The notes beneath the pieces were generated by a model that did no database searches, had not been told where the DNA came from, and saw only the letters and a list, made by a program, of their open reading frames with translations. Below are positions 1-9,570 of a stretch of 64,000 nt of DNA, piece by piece. Within the stretch, counting starts at the first letter, position 1, and the number at the start of each line of letters is the position of its first letter. Source of the stretch: an uncultured delta proteobacterium (lineage in GTDB: Bacteria > Myxococcota_A > UBA9160 > UBA4427); the NCBI GenBank assembly GCA_963822965.1, contig CAWGJT010000006.1, forward strand, positions 448,001 to 512,000. The letters are read 5' to 3'. Made by a program: the position numbers and the translations under genes.

Positions 1-1994
1 GCGAAGCGGACCGCCTCCTCCTCGACGGTCCACAGGCGCCCGCCGTGGCGCCCGAGGAATCCCGCCATGGCGTGCGGGTCCCGCAGCAGCCGTCCGACGG
101 GGCGCAGCAGCAGCGTCTCCTTGGCCGCGAAGGCCGCCCGTGCGTCCCGATCCTTCAGCGACGCCAGCATCTCGGCGGCCGCGATCTCGAGATCGACGTC
201 CCGCGCCAGCTCCTGGAGCGCACCCACCGCGGCCAGCCAGCGCGTCAGGAAGCCGGTGTCCGGCTTCAGCATCGGCTCGACGCCGAGCAGCCAGTTGATG
301 AGGCCGTACTGCACCCCGAGATTGGTGCGCAGGTCCTTACCGCGCAGGGCCATCTGGCGGAGGATCTCGGCCAGGCGCGCGAGGTTGTCGGCCCGGGAGG
401 AACCGTCCGTCAGGATGAGGGCGATGTTCGAGTCGTAGGCGCCGGCCAGGTTGTAGTAGACGAACGACCCCGTGTCGGGATTCCGGGTGCCGATGCCCTG
501 GTCGTCGCGGATCTCGTAGTCGAGCGCCTTCGACCAGCTCCGGATCATGCCGCCGGCGTGGGGCTTCAGGGCGTCGTTCGTGGCGTTCATCCGGATCTCG
601 GCGCCGGAGACCTCGCGCGGCACGCGTTCGGGTCGGGGCAGCCGCGCACCGTGCAGCTCGACGAGCACCATCGCCTCGATCAGCCGGTCGACGTAGAAGT
701 ACTCGTCGGAATCGTCGGGATTCGTGAACTTGAGCCGATAGACGAGCTCGGTCACCCCGTGCTCGACCTGGATGCGCGTGTTCATCTCCATGAAGAAGTG
801 GTCGAAGCCCTCGACGATGCACTCGAAGGTGGAGACGCTGTCGAGGCCCACGCCAAGGCCGAAGCGCTCGCCGTCCGTCTCCATGCGGCCGAGGGTCTCG
901 CGGTCGGCCTTCAGGGTCTTCGCCGCCTTCCCCCGGTAGCCGGAGAGGGCCTCGTCCAGGAGCTCGCGGTTCAGCGAGAACTCGAGCTGCTTCTGCTCGT
1001 GCATCTGGATGGAGCAGTCACGGCCGCCGAGGGAGATGCACCACTCCCCGTTGCCCAGGAGCTGGATCTCGTTGTGCCGCGTCTTCTCCAGGTTGAGCTC
1101 GATCAGGAAGTTCCGGTTCGAGCCCGGCGCCGTGACCTTCTGCTCGGCAATCACGCCCATCACCGCCGCGGCCACCTCGCCCGGCCCGGCCACCACGCGC
1201 TGCCCCTTGCCGCCGCCGCCGCCGATCGCCTTGAAGCGGATGCGCGACTTCGGATACTGCGCCCAGATCTCGCGGCTCTGCGCCTCGGCCTCGGCCTGCA
1301 GCTCGGCGATCGTCACGAGCTCGACGCTCCGATCGTAGCCGGACTGCAGCAGGGCCTCGGCGTTGTCCTCGAGGGAGAGCCCGTCGTTCCACGCGAACGC
1401 GAGCTCGTGCTGCGCGGCCAGGGACTCGAGCGCCGCACGGTCGCCGGCCTTGCGGGTGAGGGCCAGGGCCGAGACGTTGTCCACGCCCGGGATCACCGCG
1501 TTGCCCAGCCGGCGCGCCAGCTTCTTGGCCTCGTCCTTGGCGCCCGCGAGGCGGACCGTGTGGGACGAAGGACCGATGAAGCGCAGCCCCGCGTCCTCGA
1601 TCGCCTGGATGAAGTCCACGTCCTCGGCCATGAAGCCGTAGCCGGCGAAGAGGTGCGTGTAGCCGTGGCTCTTCGCGATGCCGATGATCTCGCGGATGCG
1701 CGCGACCTTCTCGTCCTGCCCCGAGCCCATGTAGTCCTCGACCCGGTGGACGTTGTGCGGGAAGCGGAGATCCCGGAGCTCGGGGGCAAGGCAGCGCGGA
1801 TAGACGACCGAGTCCTTCTCGGACAGCAGCATTCCGTACTCGCCGACGCCGATCTGGTCGAAGACCTCGAAGGCCTCCTTGCGGACCGGGCCGCGGCACA
1901 CGACGAGGCACTTGACGCGCTTCAAGGTGAACGAGCGCAGCCACGCCGAGCCGGCTTCGTGGAAGGGGACGACCTCGAGGTCCGGGGTCAGCAC
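1..1994 (-). CDS. Biotin carboxylase subunit of an acyl-CoA carboxylase (partial; runs off the window start)
   Basis: Translated by hand from a GTG overlapping the upstream TAG (MLTPDLEVVPFH...). Biotin carboxylase motifs: FAGYGFMAED, FIGPS, KAIGGGGGKG, RDCSIQ..QK, FMEMNTRIQVEH, YDSNIA. Absent from the ORF track because it has no stop in the window. Confidence 0.9.
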   Translation of the reverse strand, partial: MLTPDLEVVPFHEAGSAWLRSFTLKRVKCLVVCRGPVRKEAFEVFDQIGVGEYGMLLSEKDSVVYPRCLAPELRDLRFPHNVHRVEDYMGSGQDEKVARIREIIGIAKSHGYTHLFAGYGFMAEDVDFIQAIEDAGLRFIGPSSHTVRLAGAKDEAKKLARRLGNAVIPGVDNVSALALTRKAGDRAALESLAAQHELAFAWNDGLSLEDNAEALLQSGYDRSVELVTIAELQAEAEAQSREIWAQYPKSRIRFKAIGGGGGKGQRVVAGPGEVAAAVMGVIAEQKVTAPGSNRNFLIELNLEKTRHNEIQLLGNGEWCISLGGRDCSIQMHEQKQLEFSLNRELLDEALSGYRGKAAKTLKADRETLGRMETDGERFGLGVGLDSVSTFECIVEGFDHFFMEMNTRIQVEHGVTELVYRLKFTNPDDSDEYFYVDRLIEAMVLVELHGARLPRPERVPREVSGAEIRMNATNDALKPHAGGMIRSWSKALDYEIRDDQGIGTRNPDTGSFVYYNLAGAYDSNIALILTDGSSRADNLARLAEILRQMALRGKDLRTNLGVQYGLINWLLGVEPMLKPDTGFLTRWLAAVGALQELARDVDLEIAAAEMLASLKDRDARAAFAAKETLLLRPVGRLLRDPHAMAGFLGRHGGRLWTVEEEAVRF

Positions 1995-3673
1995 TACTCG
2001 TGCTCCCGCTGCACGCCGCCCATCGGGGCGGGCTGGTAGGTCCGCATCAGGAAGCCCAGGTGGGAGGCCAGCACGCGCCGACTCTCGCCCGGCATCACGA
2101 TGCTCGAGACGGAGCCGAGGGACAGCGCCTCCTTCGGGTTCATGAGCGCTTCTTCGTAGCGGGCGGTGAGTGCGGAGCGGCCCTCGTCGAGCTTGCGATG
2201 GGCCTGCTTGTCGCCCTGCTTCACCGCCGCCGCGTACTCGTTCTCGAGCTTGCGCACCTCGTCCTTGTAGACGAACTCCACGCCACCGCCGGGGCCCATC
2301 ACGGCCACGCGGGCCATCGGCATGGCGAAGACGCGATCGGCGCCGGTGTAGTGGGAGTTGTAGGCCGCGTAGGCGCCGCCGAAGGCGTTGCGGATGATCA
2401 TCGTGATGCGCGGGGTGCGGATGTCGATGATGGCGTCGAGGAGCTTGCGGCCCCTGAGGATGATCCCGCGCCGCTCCTGCTCGGTGCCCGGCAGGAAGCC
2501 CGTGGTGTCCTCGAGGAAGATCAGCGGGATGTTGTAGATGTTGCAGAAGCGGATGAAGCGGGTGGCCTTGGCGGCCGCGTCGACGTCGATCTGCCCGGAG
2601 GCCTCGGCGGAGTTGTTCGCGACGAATCCCACCACCCAGCCGCCGAGGCGGCCGAAGGCCGTCACCATGTTGCGCGCGCGCTGGGGCTGCAGCTCGAAGT
2701 ACTCCCCGTGATCGACGATCTGCTGGAGGTAGAGGGTGATGTCGAACGGGGCGTTCATACCGGCCGGGCCGCCGAAGGTGCGCCGGAAGAGCAGGTCCTC
2801 CTCCACGGTGTAGCGCCCCACCGGATCCGAGGTCTGCTTGAAGGGAGAGAGGACGCGGTTGTTGTCGGGCAGGTAGGTGAGCAGGCGTGCCGCGGTGCGC
2901 AGGGAGCCGAGCTCGTCGTCCGTGACGAGGTCGCACACGCCGTTCATGCCGTGGACGCCCGGGCCGCCCAGGTCGTCGGCGGACACGGTCTCGCCCAGCG
3001 CCGACTTGACCACACCGGGCCCCGTGAGGCCGATGAAGGTGTCCTCGCACTGGATCATGAACGATCCCTGGCGCGGCAGGTAGGCGCCGCCGCCGGCGTT
3101 GTAGCCGAACATCAGGCTGATGCTGGGGACCACGCCGCTGATCTTGCGCAGGGCCGTGAACGCCTCGCTGTAGCCGTCGAGCCCCCCGACGCCCGCGGGC
3201 ACGAAGGCCCCGGCGGAGTCGTTCATGCCGATGAGCGGGATGCCCCGCTCCGCCGCCATGTAGATGATGCGCGCGAGCTTGTCGCCGTTGGTGGCGTCCA
3301 TCGAGCCGGCGCGCACGGTGAAGTCGTGTCCGTAGACGGCCACGTCGCGCCCGTCCATCTCGAGGATGCCGGTGATGATGGAGGCCCCGTCCAGGGAGGG
3401 CCCCCAGTTGTGCCACAGGATGTTCGGCTCGCGGCGGGTCAGGACCTTGATCCGCTCCCACACGGTCATGCGGTTCTTGGCGTGCTGCACCCGGACCCGG
3501 GCGGGACCGCCTCCCCGGTAGGGACGCTCGGCGAGCTCGCGGGCCTCCTCGAGGGCGCGGTCGTAGAGTCCATGGTGGCGATGGGTGGACGCCGGGCTCT
3601 CGGCGGGCACGGTCGTCACCGGTCCGGCCAGCCGGGCCAGGGGGTTCTCTAGGCTGTACGAGGGTGTCGTCAT
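1994..3673 (-). CDS. Acyl-CoA carboxylase carboxyltransferase (beta) subunit
   Basis: Motifs [36 protein letters not shown] and RNAFGGAY; stop overlaps the biotin carboxylase start. Confidence 0.93.
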   Translation of the reverse strand: MTTPSYSLENPLARLAGPVTTVPAESPASTHRHHGLYDRALEEARELAERPYRGGGPARVRVQHAKNRMTVWERIKVLTRREPNILWHNWGPSLDGASIITGILEMDGRDVAVYGHDFTVRAGSMDATNGDKLARIIYMAAERGIPLIGMNDSAGAFVPAGVGGLDGYSEAFTALRKISGVVPSISLMFGYNAGGGAYLPRQGSFMIQCEDTFIGLTGPGVVKSALGETVSADDLGGPGVHGMNGVCDLVTDDELGSLRTAARLLTYLPDNNRVLSPFKQTSDPVGRYTVEEDLLFRRTFGGPAGMNAPFDITLYLQQIVDHGEYFELQPQRARNMVTAFGRLGGWVVGFVANNSAEASGQIDVDAAAKATRFIRFCNIYNIPLIFLEDTTGFLPGTEQERRGIILRGRKLLDAIIDIRTPRITMIIRNAFGGAYAAYNSHYTGADRVFAMPMARVAVMGPGGGVEFVYKDEVRKLENEYAAAVKQGDKQAHRKLDEGRSALTARYEEALMNPKEALSLGSVSSIVMPGESRRVLASHLGFLMRTYQPAPMGGVQREHE

Positions 3674-3947
3674 GGGTGGCTGGAGGATCGTCTCGTCATG
3701 CTCGTCGGTGGCGGGACGACGGCTGGACCGGGGTCCGCCGCGGGCTCTCTCGCGAGACCTGCTCTCGCGGAACTTTGTCTGAGGATCGACAGGCAGGCTC
3801 CCGGCCCGCCCGGCTCGGCGATACTACCCGCAAAACCGGGCTCGAGCGAGGCGCCGACCCCGCGGGAGACCCGCCTCGCCGGGGGCAGAGCCCCGCTCCG
3901 AAGCTCCATCGGCACCCCGCCCGTCCACCCGGGGAGGACCCCACGCG

Positions 3948-4358
3948 ATGCAAGTCACCGCGATCTACCACCTGGCCCCCACCTCCGAGCTCCGCTCCGG
4001 CGTGGCCGGCGACGCCTACCGGCCCCGCAACCTGGCCGCGGACGGCTTCGTCCACTGCGCGGGAAGCCCCGAGGTCGCGCTGGCCGTCGCCGGCGACTAC
4101 TTCGGCGATCTCGCGGAACCGCTCATCGCGCTGGTGATCGATCCCGGGCGTCTCGGCGCCGAGCTCCGCTTCGAGGCGCCGGCGCCCCGGCCCGGCGGCG
4201 GCCGCGCGCATCTGGCGCGCGCCGACCTGTTTCCCCACGTGTACGGTGCCATCGACCGCGCGGCGATCCGGGAGGCCGGCCGGCTCGGACGAGACGCCGC
4301 CGGCTATCGCTGGCCCGAACGCTTCGAGCCCCTGGAGAAGCTCCTGGCAGGCCGGTGA
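3948..4358 (+). CDS. DUF952 family protein
   Basis: IYHL...L..DGFVHC...FPHVYGAI pattern; GGAGG upstream. Confidence 0.85.
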   Translation: MQVTAIYHLAPTSELRSGVAGDAYRPRNLAADGFVHCAGSPEVALAVAGDYFGDLAEPLIALVIDPGRLGAELRFEAPAPRPGGGRAHLARADLFPHVYGAIDRAAIREAGRLGRDAAGYRWPERFEPLEKLLAGR

Positions 4359-4379
4359 GGCGCTCCGCCGGCGGGACGC

Positions 4380-5654
4380 CTATTCGTCGGGAACCCCGAA
4401 GCGCGTCTGATACGCACGCAGGCTGCGGCGGCGCTCGGCCGCGTCGAGCCCGAAGTCCTCGAGGCGATAGTCGATGGTCCCGTGCCGGCCGCGGGGGTTG
4501 GCGTCCTGGTAGGCCCGCACCCGCGCCAGCGCGGCTTCGCCGCCGGGCTGACCGGCAAACTCGTAGATGCGCGCCACGGACCCCACCTCGTCGGCCATGA
4601 ACTCGTGGAAGCGGAGGTCCATCGCCTGCTCGGGCGGGATGCGGTCACGATCCCGCAGCGAGGCCAGCAACAGGTCTTCGATCCGCGCCGCCCAGTAGGC
4701 GCCCACCGCCCGCGGATCGATGTGGCGTGTGCCCATGCGGAGCCCGTAGGTGCCCAGGGTGCAGAACGACGCGGTCACCCGGACGGGATCGCGGTGGGTC
4801 TGGATGATCTTCGCGTCCGGGAAGACGGCGAGCAACGGCCCGATCTGCTCCAGGTGCTGCGGGGACTTCAGCACCCAGCGGCGCGGGCGCCCGTCCTGCC
4901 ACTGCAGCACCTGGAGCAGGCGCCGCAGCCCCCGATAGGCGTGGGTCTGATCGCTGGCCTTGTACCAGTCCCGGTAGCTCGGCACCTGGTAGCTGCTCTC
5001 GAAGAGCATCGTCGAGATCTCCACCGCCAGCAGCTGGATCTCCTCGTGGCGCGACGTCGGGGTCATCTCGTGCATCAGCGGGAAGAGCGGCATCACCCGG
5101 TGCAGGAAGTCGAGGCCACGCGCACAGCGGGCGAAGCGAGGGTCGTCCTCGGCCCGGCGGGCCGCGGCGCTCCCCCGCTCGGGCAGCGGATCCGGAATCG
5201 GCTCCAGGCTCTCCCAGTACGGCAGGCTGCGCAGGGACGGGTCGCTCGAGAGAAGGTTGTGGAGGTGGGTGGTTCCGGTCCGGGGCAGCCCCATCACGAT
5301 GATGGGCGACACCACCGGCTCCTCCTCGATCTCCGGATGGCGCCGCAGGAGCGCGAGGAGCCGCAGCCGCGTCACGAGCAGGCCGTGCAGGAGCTGGCGG
5401 GCCCCGAAGCGACCGAACGGCGTGAGCCGGGCCTCGGCTTCGAGGGCGCGCAGCAGCACCGAGAGCGGCTCGCGGAAGGTCTCGTCGCCGAAGTCGTCGA
5501 GGCCGGTATGCCGACGGGCCGAGGCCAGCAGCGCCGCTTCGTCCAGCCGCAGGAGCGACCCGGCCAGGGGCGTGGCGAGCGCGTTCCCGGCGCGCAGCAG
5601 CCAGGGCACCTGCGGGCTCGCGAGGTCGTCGATGTGGATCGCTTCGGAACTCAT
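4380..5654 (-). CDS. Sulfotransferase family protein
   Basis: PAPS-binding motif GLPRTGTT, plus WVLKSPQH and THRDP. Confidence 0.9.
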   Translation of the reverse strand: MSSEAIHIDDLASPQVPWLLRAGNALATPLAGSLLRLDEAALLASARRHTGLDDFGDETFREPLSVLLRALEAEARLTPFGRFGARQLLHGLLVTRLRLLALLRRHPEIEEEPVVSPIIVMGLPRTGTTHLHNLLSSDPSLRSLPYWESLEPIPDPLPERGSAAARRAEDDPRFARCARGLDFLHRVMPLFPLMHEMTPTSRHEEIQLLAVEISTMLFESSYQVPSYRDWYKASDQTHAYRGLRRLLQVLQWQDGRPRRWVLKSPQHLEQIGPLLAVFPDAKIIQTHRDPVRVTASFCTLGTYGLRMGTRHIDPRAVGAYWAARIEDLLLASLRDRDRIPPEQAMDLRFHEFMADEVGSVARIYEFAGQPGGEAALARVRAYQDANPRGRHGTIDYRLEDFGLDAAERRRSLRAYQTRFGVPDE

Positions 5655-5738
5655 GATCGGGGTCGGGTAGCTTAGAGCCCCTGCTGCGAAGCCGCTCCGT
5701 CGCGTCTTCGCCGGATGGGCTCCCGGTCAGGACTTCCG

Positions 5739-6641
5739 ATGGCGCGATCCACACTCCCCCTCGACCGGCTCGCCGTGCTCGGCGCCGCGTTCCTGTTCGC
5801 GACCGGGGGCACGGTGATCAAGGCCACGAGCCTGTCGGGCTTCCAGGTGGCGGGCGGCCGCTCGCTGCTGGCGGCGGTCGTGCTGTGGCTGCTGCTGCCA
5901 CGCTGGCGCGCCTTCTGGCGGCCCCGGGCCCTCGGGGTCGGTCTCGCCTACGGGACCACCCTCGTGCTCTACACCCTGGCCAACAAGCTCACCACCGCCG
6001 CCAACGCCATCTTCCTGCAGTCGACGGCGCCTCTCTACGTGCTGGCGCTCGGGCCGTGGCTGCTGCACGAACGCAGCCGGCGCAGCGACGTGCTGCTGAC
6101 GAGCGTGCTGCTGCTCGGCATGGCGCTCTTCTTCGTGGGCCACGAGGCGCCGGCCGCCACCGCTCCGGATCCGGGCCTGGGCAACTTCGTGGCGGCGGCG
6201 TCCGGTCTCTCCTGGGCCTTCACCCTGGTGGGCCTGCGTTGGATGGCCCGCGCCGAGGCGGGAAGCGACCCGGGCGCCGAAGCGGGCGCCGCCGTGGTCG
6301 CGGGCAACCTGCTGGCCTTCGCGGTCTGCCTGCCGTTCGCGCTCCCCCTGCCCCCGCCGCATCTCCTCGACGGGCTGCTGGTGGGCTACCTGGGCGTGTT
6401 CCAGATCGGCCTCGCCTACGTGCTGATGACCCGGGGGCTCGCCCGGGTCCCGGCCCTGGAGGCGTCCCTGCTGCTGCTGCTCGAGCCGGTGCTGAACGCG
6501 CTCCTCGCCTGGTGGGTGCACGGAGAGCGGCCCGGCGCCTTCGCGCTGGCGGGCTGCGCGGTGATCGGGGTGACGACCGTCGCCCGGACCTGGCTCGCGG
6601 GACGACGCCTGGCGCTCGCGAGCGCGGGCCCCCTCAGTTGA
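5739..6641 (+). CDS. EamA/DMT family transporter
   Basis: About 10 hydrophobic segments with a two-repeat layout; ANAIFLQSTAP and LLEPV motifs. Start could be 5715. Confidence 0.85.
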   Translation: MARSTLPLDRLAVLGAAFLFATGGTVIKATSLSGFQVAGGRSLLAAVVLWLLLPRWRAFWRPRALGVGLAYGTTLVLYTLANKLTTAANAIFLQSTAPLYVLALGPWLLHERSRRSDVLLTSVLLLGMALFFVGHEAPAATAPDPGLGNFVAAASGLSWAFTLVGLRWMARAEAGSDPGAEAGAAVVAGNLLAFAVCLPFALPLPPPHLLDGLLVGYLGVFQIGLAYVLMTRGLARVPALEASLLLLLEPVLNALLAWWVHGERPGAFALAGCAVIGVTTVARTWLAGRRLALASAGPLS

Positions 6642-8181
6642 CGCCCCGGTCCCGCCCCTCCCAGTAGCGCGCCCGCAGCTCGCGCTTCAGGACCTTGCCG
6701 GTGGGGTTGCGCGGCAGCTCATCCACGAAATCGACCGAGCGCGGGATCTTGTAGCCGGCGATGTGACGCCGACAGGCGTCGATCAGCTCGCGGTCGCTCA
6801 CCTCCTTGCCCGGTGCGCGCACCACCACCGCCTTCACGGCTTCGCCCCAGCGCTCGTCGGGAACCCCGATCACCGCCACGTCGGCCACGCCTTCGTGGGC
6901 GAAGAGCACGCTCTCCACCTCCGCCGGATAGACGTTCTCGCCGCCCGACACGATCATGTCCTTCACGCGGTCGTGGATGTAGAGGTAGCCGTCCACGTCG
7001 AAGTAGCCCGCGTCGCCCGAGCGGAACCAGCCGTCCTGGATCGCCTCGGCGGTCGCCTCCGGGCGGTTCCAGTAGCCCTTCATCACCATGCCGCCGCGGA
7101 TCCAGATCTCGCCCACCTCGCCCGTCTTGCAGTCTCCACCACGGGCGTCGACGATGCGGACGTCGACGCCGAAGTTCGGCAGCCCGCAGGCGCGGAGCCG
7201 CGGGCTGCCGGGGACGTGGTCCGCGGCGGGCAGCAGCACGCAGCCCCCGGTCGTCTCCGTGAGCCCGTAGGCCTGGATGAAGTCGCAGCGGAACCGCTCG
7301 ATGGCCTGCCGGAGAAGCTCCTCGGGAATCGGCGACGCCCCGTAGAGGATGGCCTTCAGGGAGGAGACGTCCGTCGTCGCGCATCGCGGCTGCTGGAGCA
7401 GGAAGTTGATCAGGGCGGGCACGAAGAACGCGTGGGTGATGCCCCGGCTCTCGATCAGCTCGAGGATCTCGGGCGGGTTCGCCTCGCGGGTCACCACCAG
7501 CTCGGCGCCGGCGAAGAACATGGCCAGCGCGTAGCCCGAGCCGCCGATGTGGTAGAGGGGCATGCAGATCAACGCCGCGTCGCCGCGCTGGGTCCCCCCG
7601 AAGCCCGTCACGGCCACGCCGACGACCTCGACGAGATTGGCGTGGGTGAGCTCGGTGCCCTTGGGATGACCGGTGGTGCCGCTCGTGTAGAGCTGCCACG
7701 CCGTCTCGTGGTCTGCGGTGTCCCGGCGCGGGTCCTCCTCGGAGGCGGCGCCGCAGAAGTCGGCGTAGCGGGGCCAGGCGGTCGGCCCCTCCCCCCAGCG
7801 CACGATGGTCTTCACGTTCGTGAGCTCGCCCTCGATCGAGGCCATCGCGTCCGCGAAGGCCTCGCCCACGAAGACGACGGGCGCCATCGAGTCGTTGATC
7901 ACGTAGGCGATCTCGGGCGCGGCGAGCCGCCAGTTCACCGGGGTGTACACCCCGCCGGCCTTGGCGATGCCGAAGATCGTCTCGATGAACTCGTCGTGGC
8001 CCTTGTCGAGGACGCACACGCGTTGGCCCGGGGCGAGCCCCGATTCCACCAGCGCGTTGGCCACCCGATTCGCAGCGCGGTCGAGGTCCCGGTAGCTGCT
8101 GACCCGATCGCCGTGCCGGAGCACCACGGCGTCCGGGTGCTGACGAGTCCTCCAGCGCAGCATCTCCCCGACCGACTTCAT
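6634..8181 (-). CDS. Long-chain fatty acid-CoA ligase (AMP-binding)
   Basis: Motifs YTSGTTGHPKG, YGLTE, SGDAG, DMIVSGGENVYPAEVE and PRNPTGK. Confidence 0.93.
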   Translation of the reverse strand: MKSVGEMLRWRTRQHPDAVVLRHGDRVSSYRDLDRAANRVANALVESGLAPGQRVCVLDKGHDEFIETIFGIAKAGGVYTPVNWRLAAPEIAYVINDSMAPVVFVGEAFADAMASIEGELTNVKTIVRWGEGPTAWPRYADFCGAASEEDPRRDTADHETAWQLYTSGTTGHPKGTELTHANLVEVVGVAVTGFGGTQRGDAALICMPLYHIGGSGYALAMFFAGAELVVTREANPPEILELIESRGITHAFFVPALINFLLQQPRCATTDVSSLKAILYGASPIPEELLRQAIERFRCDFIQAYGLTETTGGCVLLPAADHVPGSPRLRACGLPNFGVDVRIVDARGGDCKTGEVGEIWIRGGMVMKGYWNRPEATAEAIQDGWFRSGDAGYFDVDGYLYIHDRVKDMIVSGGENVYPAEVESVLFAHEGVADVAVIGVPDERWGEAVKAVVVRAPGKEVSDRELIDACRRHIAGYKIPRSVDFVDELPRNPTGKVLKRELRARYWEGRDRGVN

Positions 8182-8245
8182 CTTCCACCTCCCTCGTCCG
8201 GCCCGCGGCGCGTGCGCACGCTCGCCGCTGAACCACGCTCAGCTC

Positions 8246-8251
8246 ATTATA
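8246..8251 (-). promoter_or_regulatory. Putative sigma70 -10 box for the CoA ligase
   Basis: Perfect TATAAT on the minus strand, 65 nt upstream of the ATG, in a very GC-rich context. Confidence 0.5.
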
Positions 8252-8307
8252 CGGTGACCGACCGCCCGGGGGAGGGCCGGATTCCAATCCCGGCTCGCCC
8301 GGACCGG

Positions 8308-8345
8308 CCCCAATGCGTCATTCCGCGCGCTTCGACGGATCGGGG
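8308..8345. repeat. 38-bp minimal MITE-like remnant with IS1380-like ends
   Basis: CCCCAATGCGTCAT...GACGGATCGGGG followed by CTAG. The right end matches the IS1380 right IR; the left end matches the 33651 element. Confidence 0.6.
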
Positions 8346-8464
8346 CTAGACTCCGCGCCCGTCGATGGCAGAGCGGACGTTCGAAACGCCATTCCGGCCT
8401 CCCGCACCCCTCCGCGCGGCCCGGAATCAACCGACCCCTTCGTGAACGAGCCAGGAGATCCGGC

Positions 8465-9559
8465 GTGCACTTCGGGCTGAGTGAAGAGCAGAAGCTGCTG
8501 CAGGAGACCTTGCGCGGCTTCGCGGCGAGCGAGTGCCCGCCGATGCGGCTGCGCGAGATCTTCGACGCCGGCCGGGGACACGACGACGCGCTCTGGCAGG
8601 GGCTCGCGGAGATGGGAATGACCGGGCTCGTCGTGCCCGAGGAGCACGGCGGTGCGGGGCTCGGCCGGCTCGAGCTCGCCCTCGCGTGCGAGATCGCCGG
8701 CGCCACCGGGCTGCCCGGGGCGCTCCTCGAGCACGCCCTGGCCGCGCTCGCCATCGCACTCGGCGGCAACGACGCGCAGCGGAAGCGCTGGCTCCCCCGT
8801 CTGGCCGACGGCTCGACGATCGCGACGGTGGCCCTGGCGGAGGACGCCGACTCCTGGATGCCGCAGGCATGGGCGACGCGCGTGTCCCACGGCAAGCTGA
8901 CCGGTCGCAAGCAATACGTACCTCACGCCGCGCACGCCGGACTGGCCGTGATCGGCGTCGCCGGAGGCGGCCTCGCGCTGCTCGAGCTCGACGGCGGAGC
9001 CGCGGCGGGAGCTCGTCTCGAAGCCCAGGAGGGGATCGACCGCACCCGCCCCATCCAGCAGCTGGTGCTCGACGGTGCCGAGGCCGAGCTGCTGTCGGAG
9101 ACGACGGGCGGCGAGGTCGCCGCCCGGGTGATCGATGCGGGGTTGGTGGCCCTGGCGGCCGACGCCTTCGGCGCCGCGACGCGCCTCGTCCGGCTCTCCG
9201 TCGACTACGCGAAGGACCGCCGGCAGTTCGGGCAGCCGATCGCCCAGTTCCAGTCCGTCAAGCACACCCTGGCGCGCATGGGAACCGAGATCGAGCCCAC
9301 GCGCGCCCTCTACTGGTACGCCGCACACGCCCTGGACGAGGGCCTGCCCGACGCCCCACGGCACGCGGCCATGGCCAAGGCGCACATCAGCGAGCGAGCG
9401 GTCGCCGTGGCCCGAGAGGCGGTGGAAGTCCACGGCGGCCTCGGCTTCACCTGGGAATGCGACGTCCAGATCTGGTTCAAGCGCGCGATGTACGACCGCA
9501 GCTTCCTCGGAACGCCCGACGCGCACCGGGAACGCGTGGCCGTGCTCGCGGGCTGGTAG
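8465..9559 (+). CDS. Acyl-CoA dehydrogenase (short subunit of a probable heteromeric pair)
   Basis: MHFGLSEEQ, EEHGGAG, R.QFGQPIAQFQSVKH, VHGGLGFTWE. Confidence 0.9.
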   Translation: MHFGLSEEQKLLQETLRGFAASECPPMRLREIFDAGRGHDDALWQGLAEMGMTGLVVPEEHGGAGLGRLELALACEIAGATGLPGALLEHALAALAIALGGNDAQRKRWLPRLADGSTIATVALAEDADSWMPQAWATRVSHGKLTGRKQYVPHAAHAGLAVIGVAGGGLALLELDGGAAAGARLEAQEGIDRTRPIQQLVLDGAEAELLSETTGGEVAARVIDAGLVALAADAFGAATRLVRLSVDYAKDRRQFGQPIAQFQSVKHTLARMGTEIEPTRALYWYAAHALDEGLPDAPRHAAMAKAHISERAVAVAREAVEVHGGLGFTWECDVQIWFKRAMYDRSFLGTPDAHRERVAVLAGW

Positions 9560-9570
9560 GAGAGCGCCCG

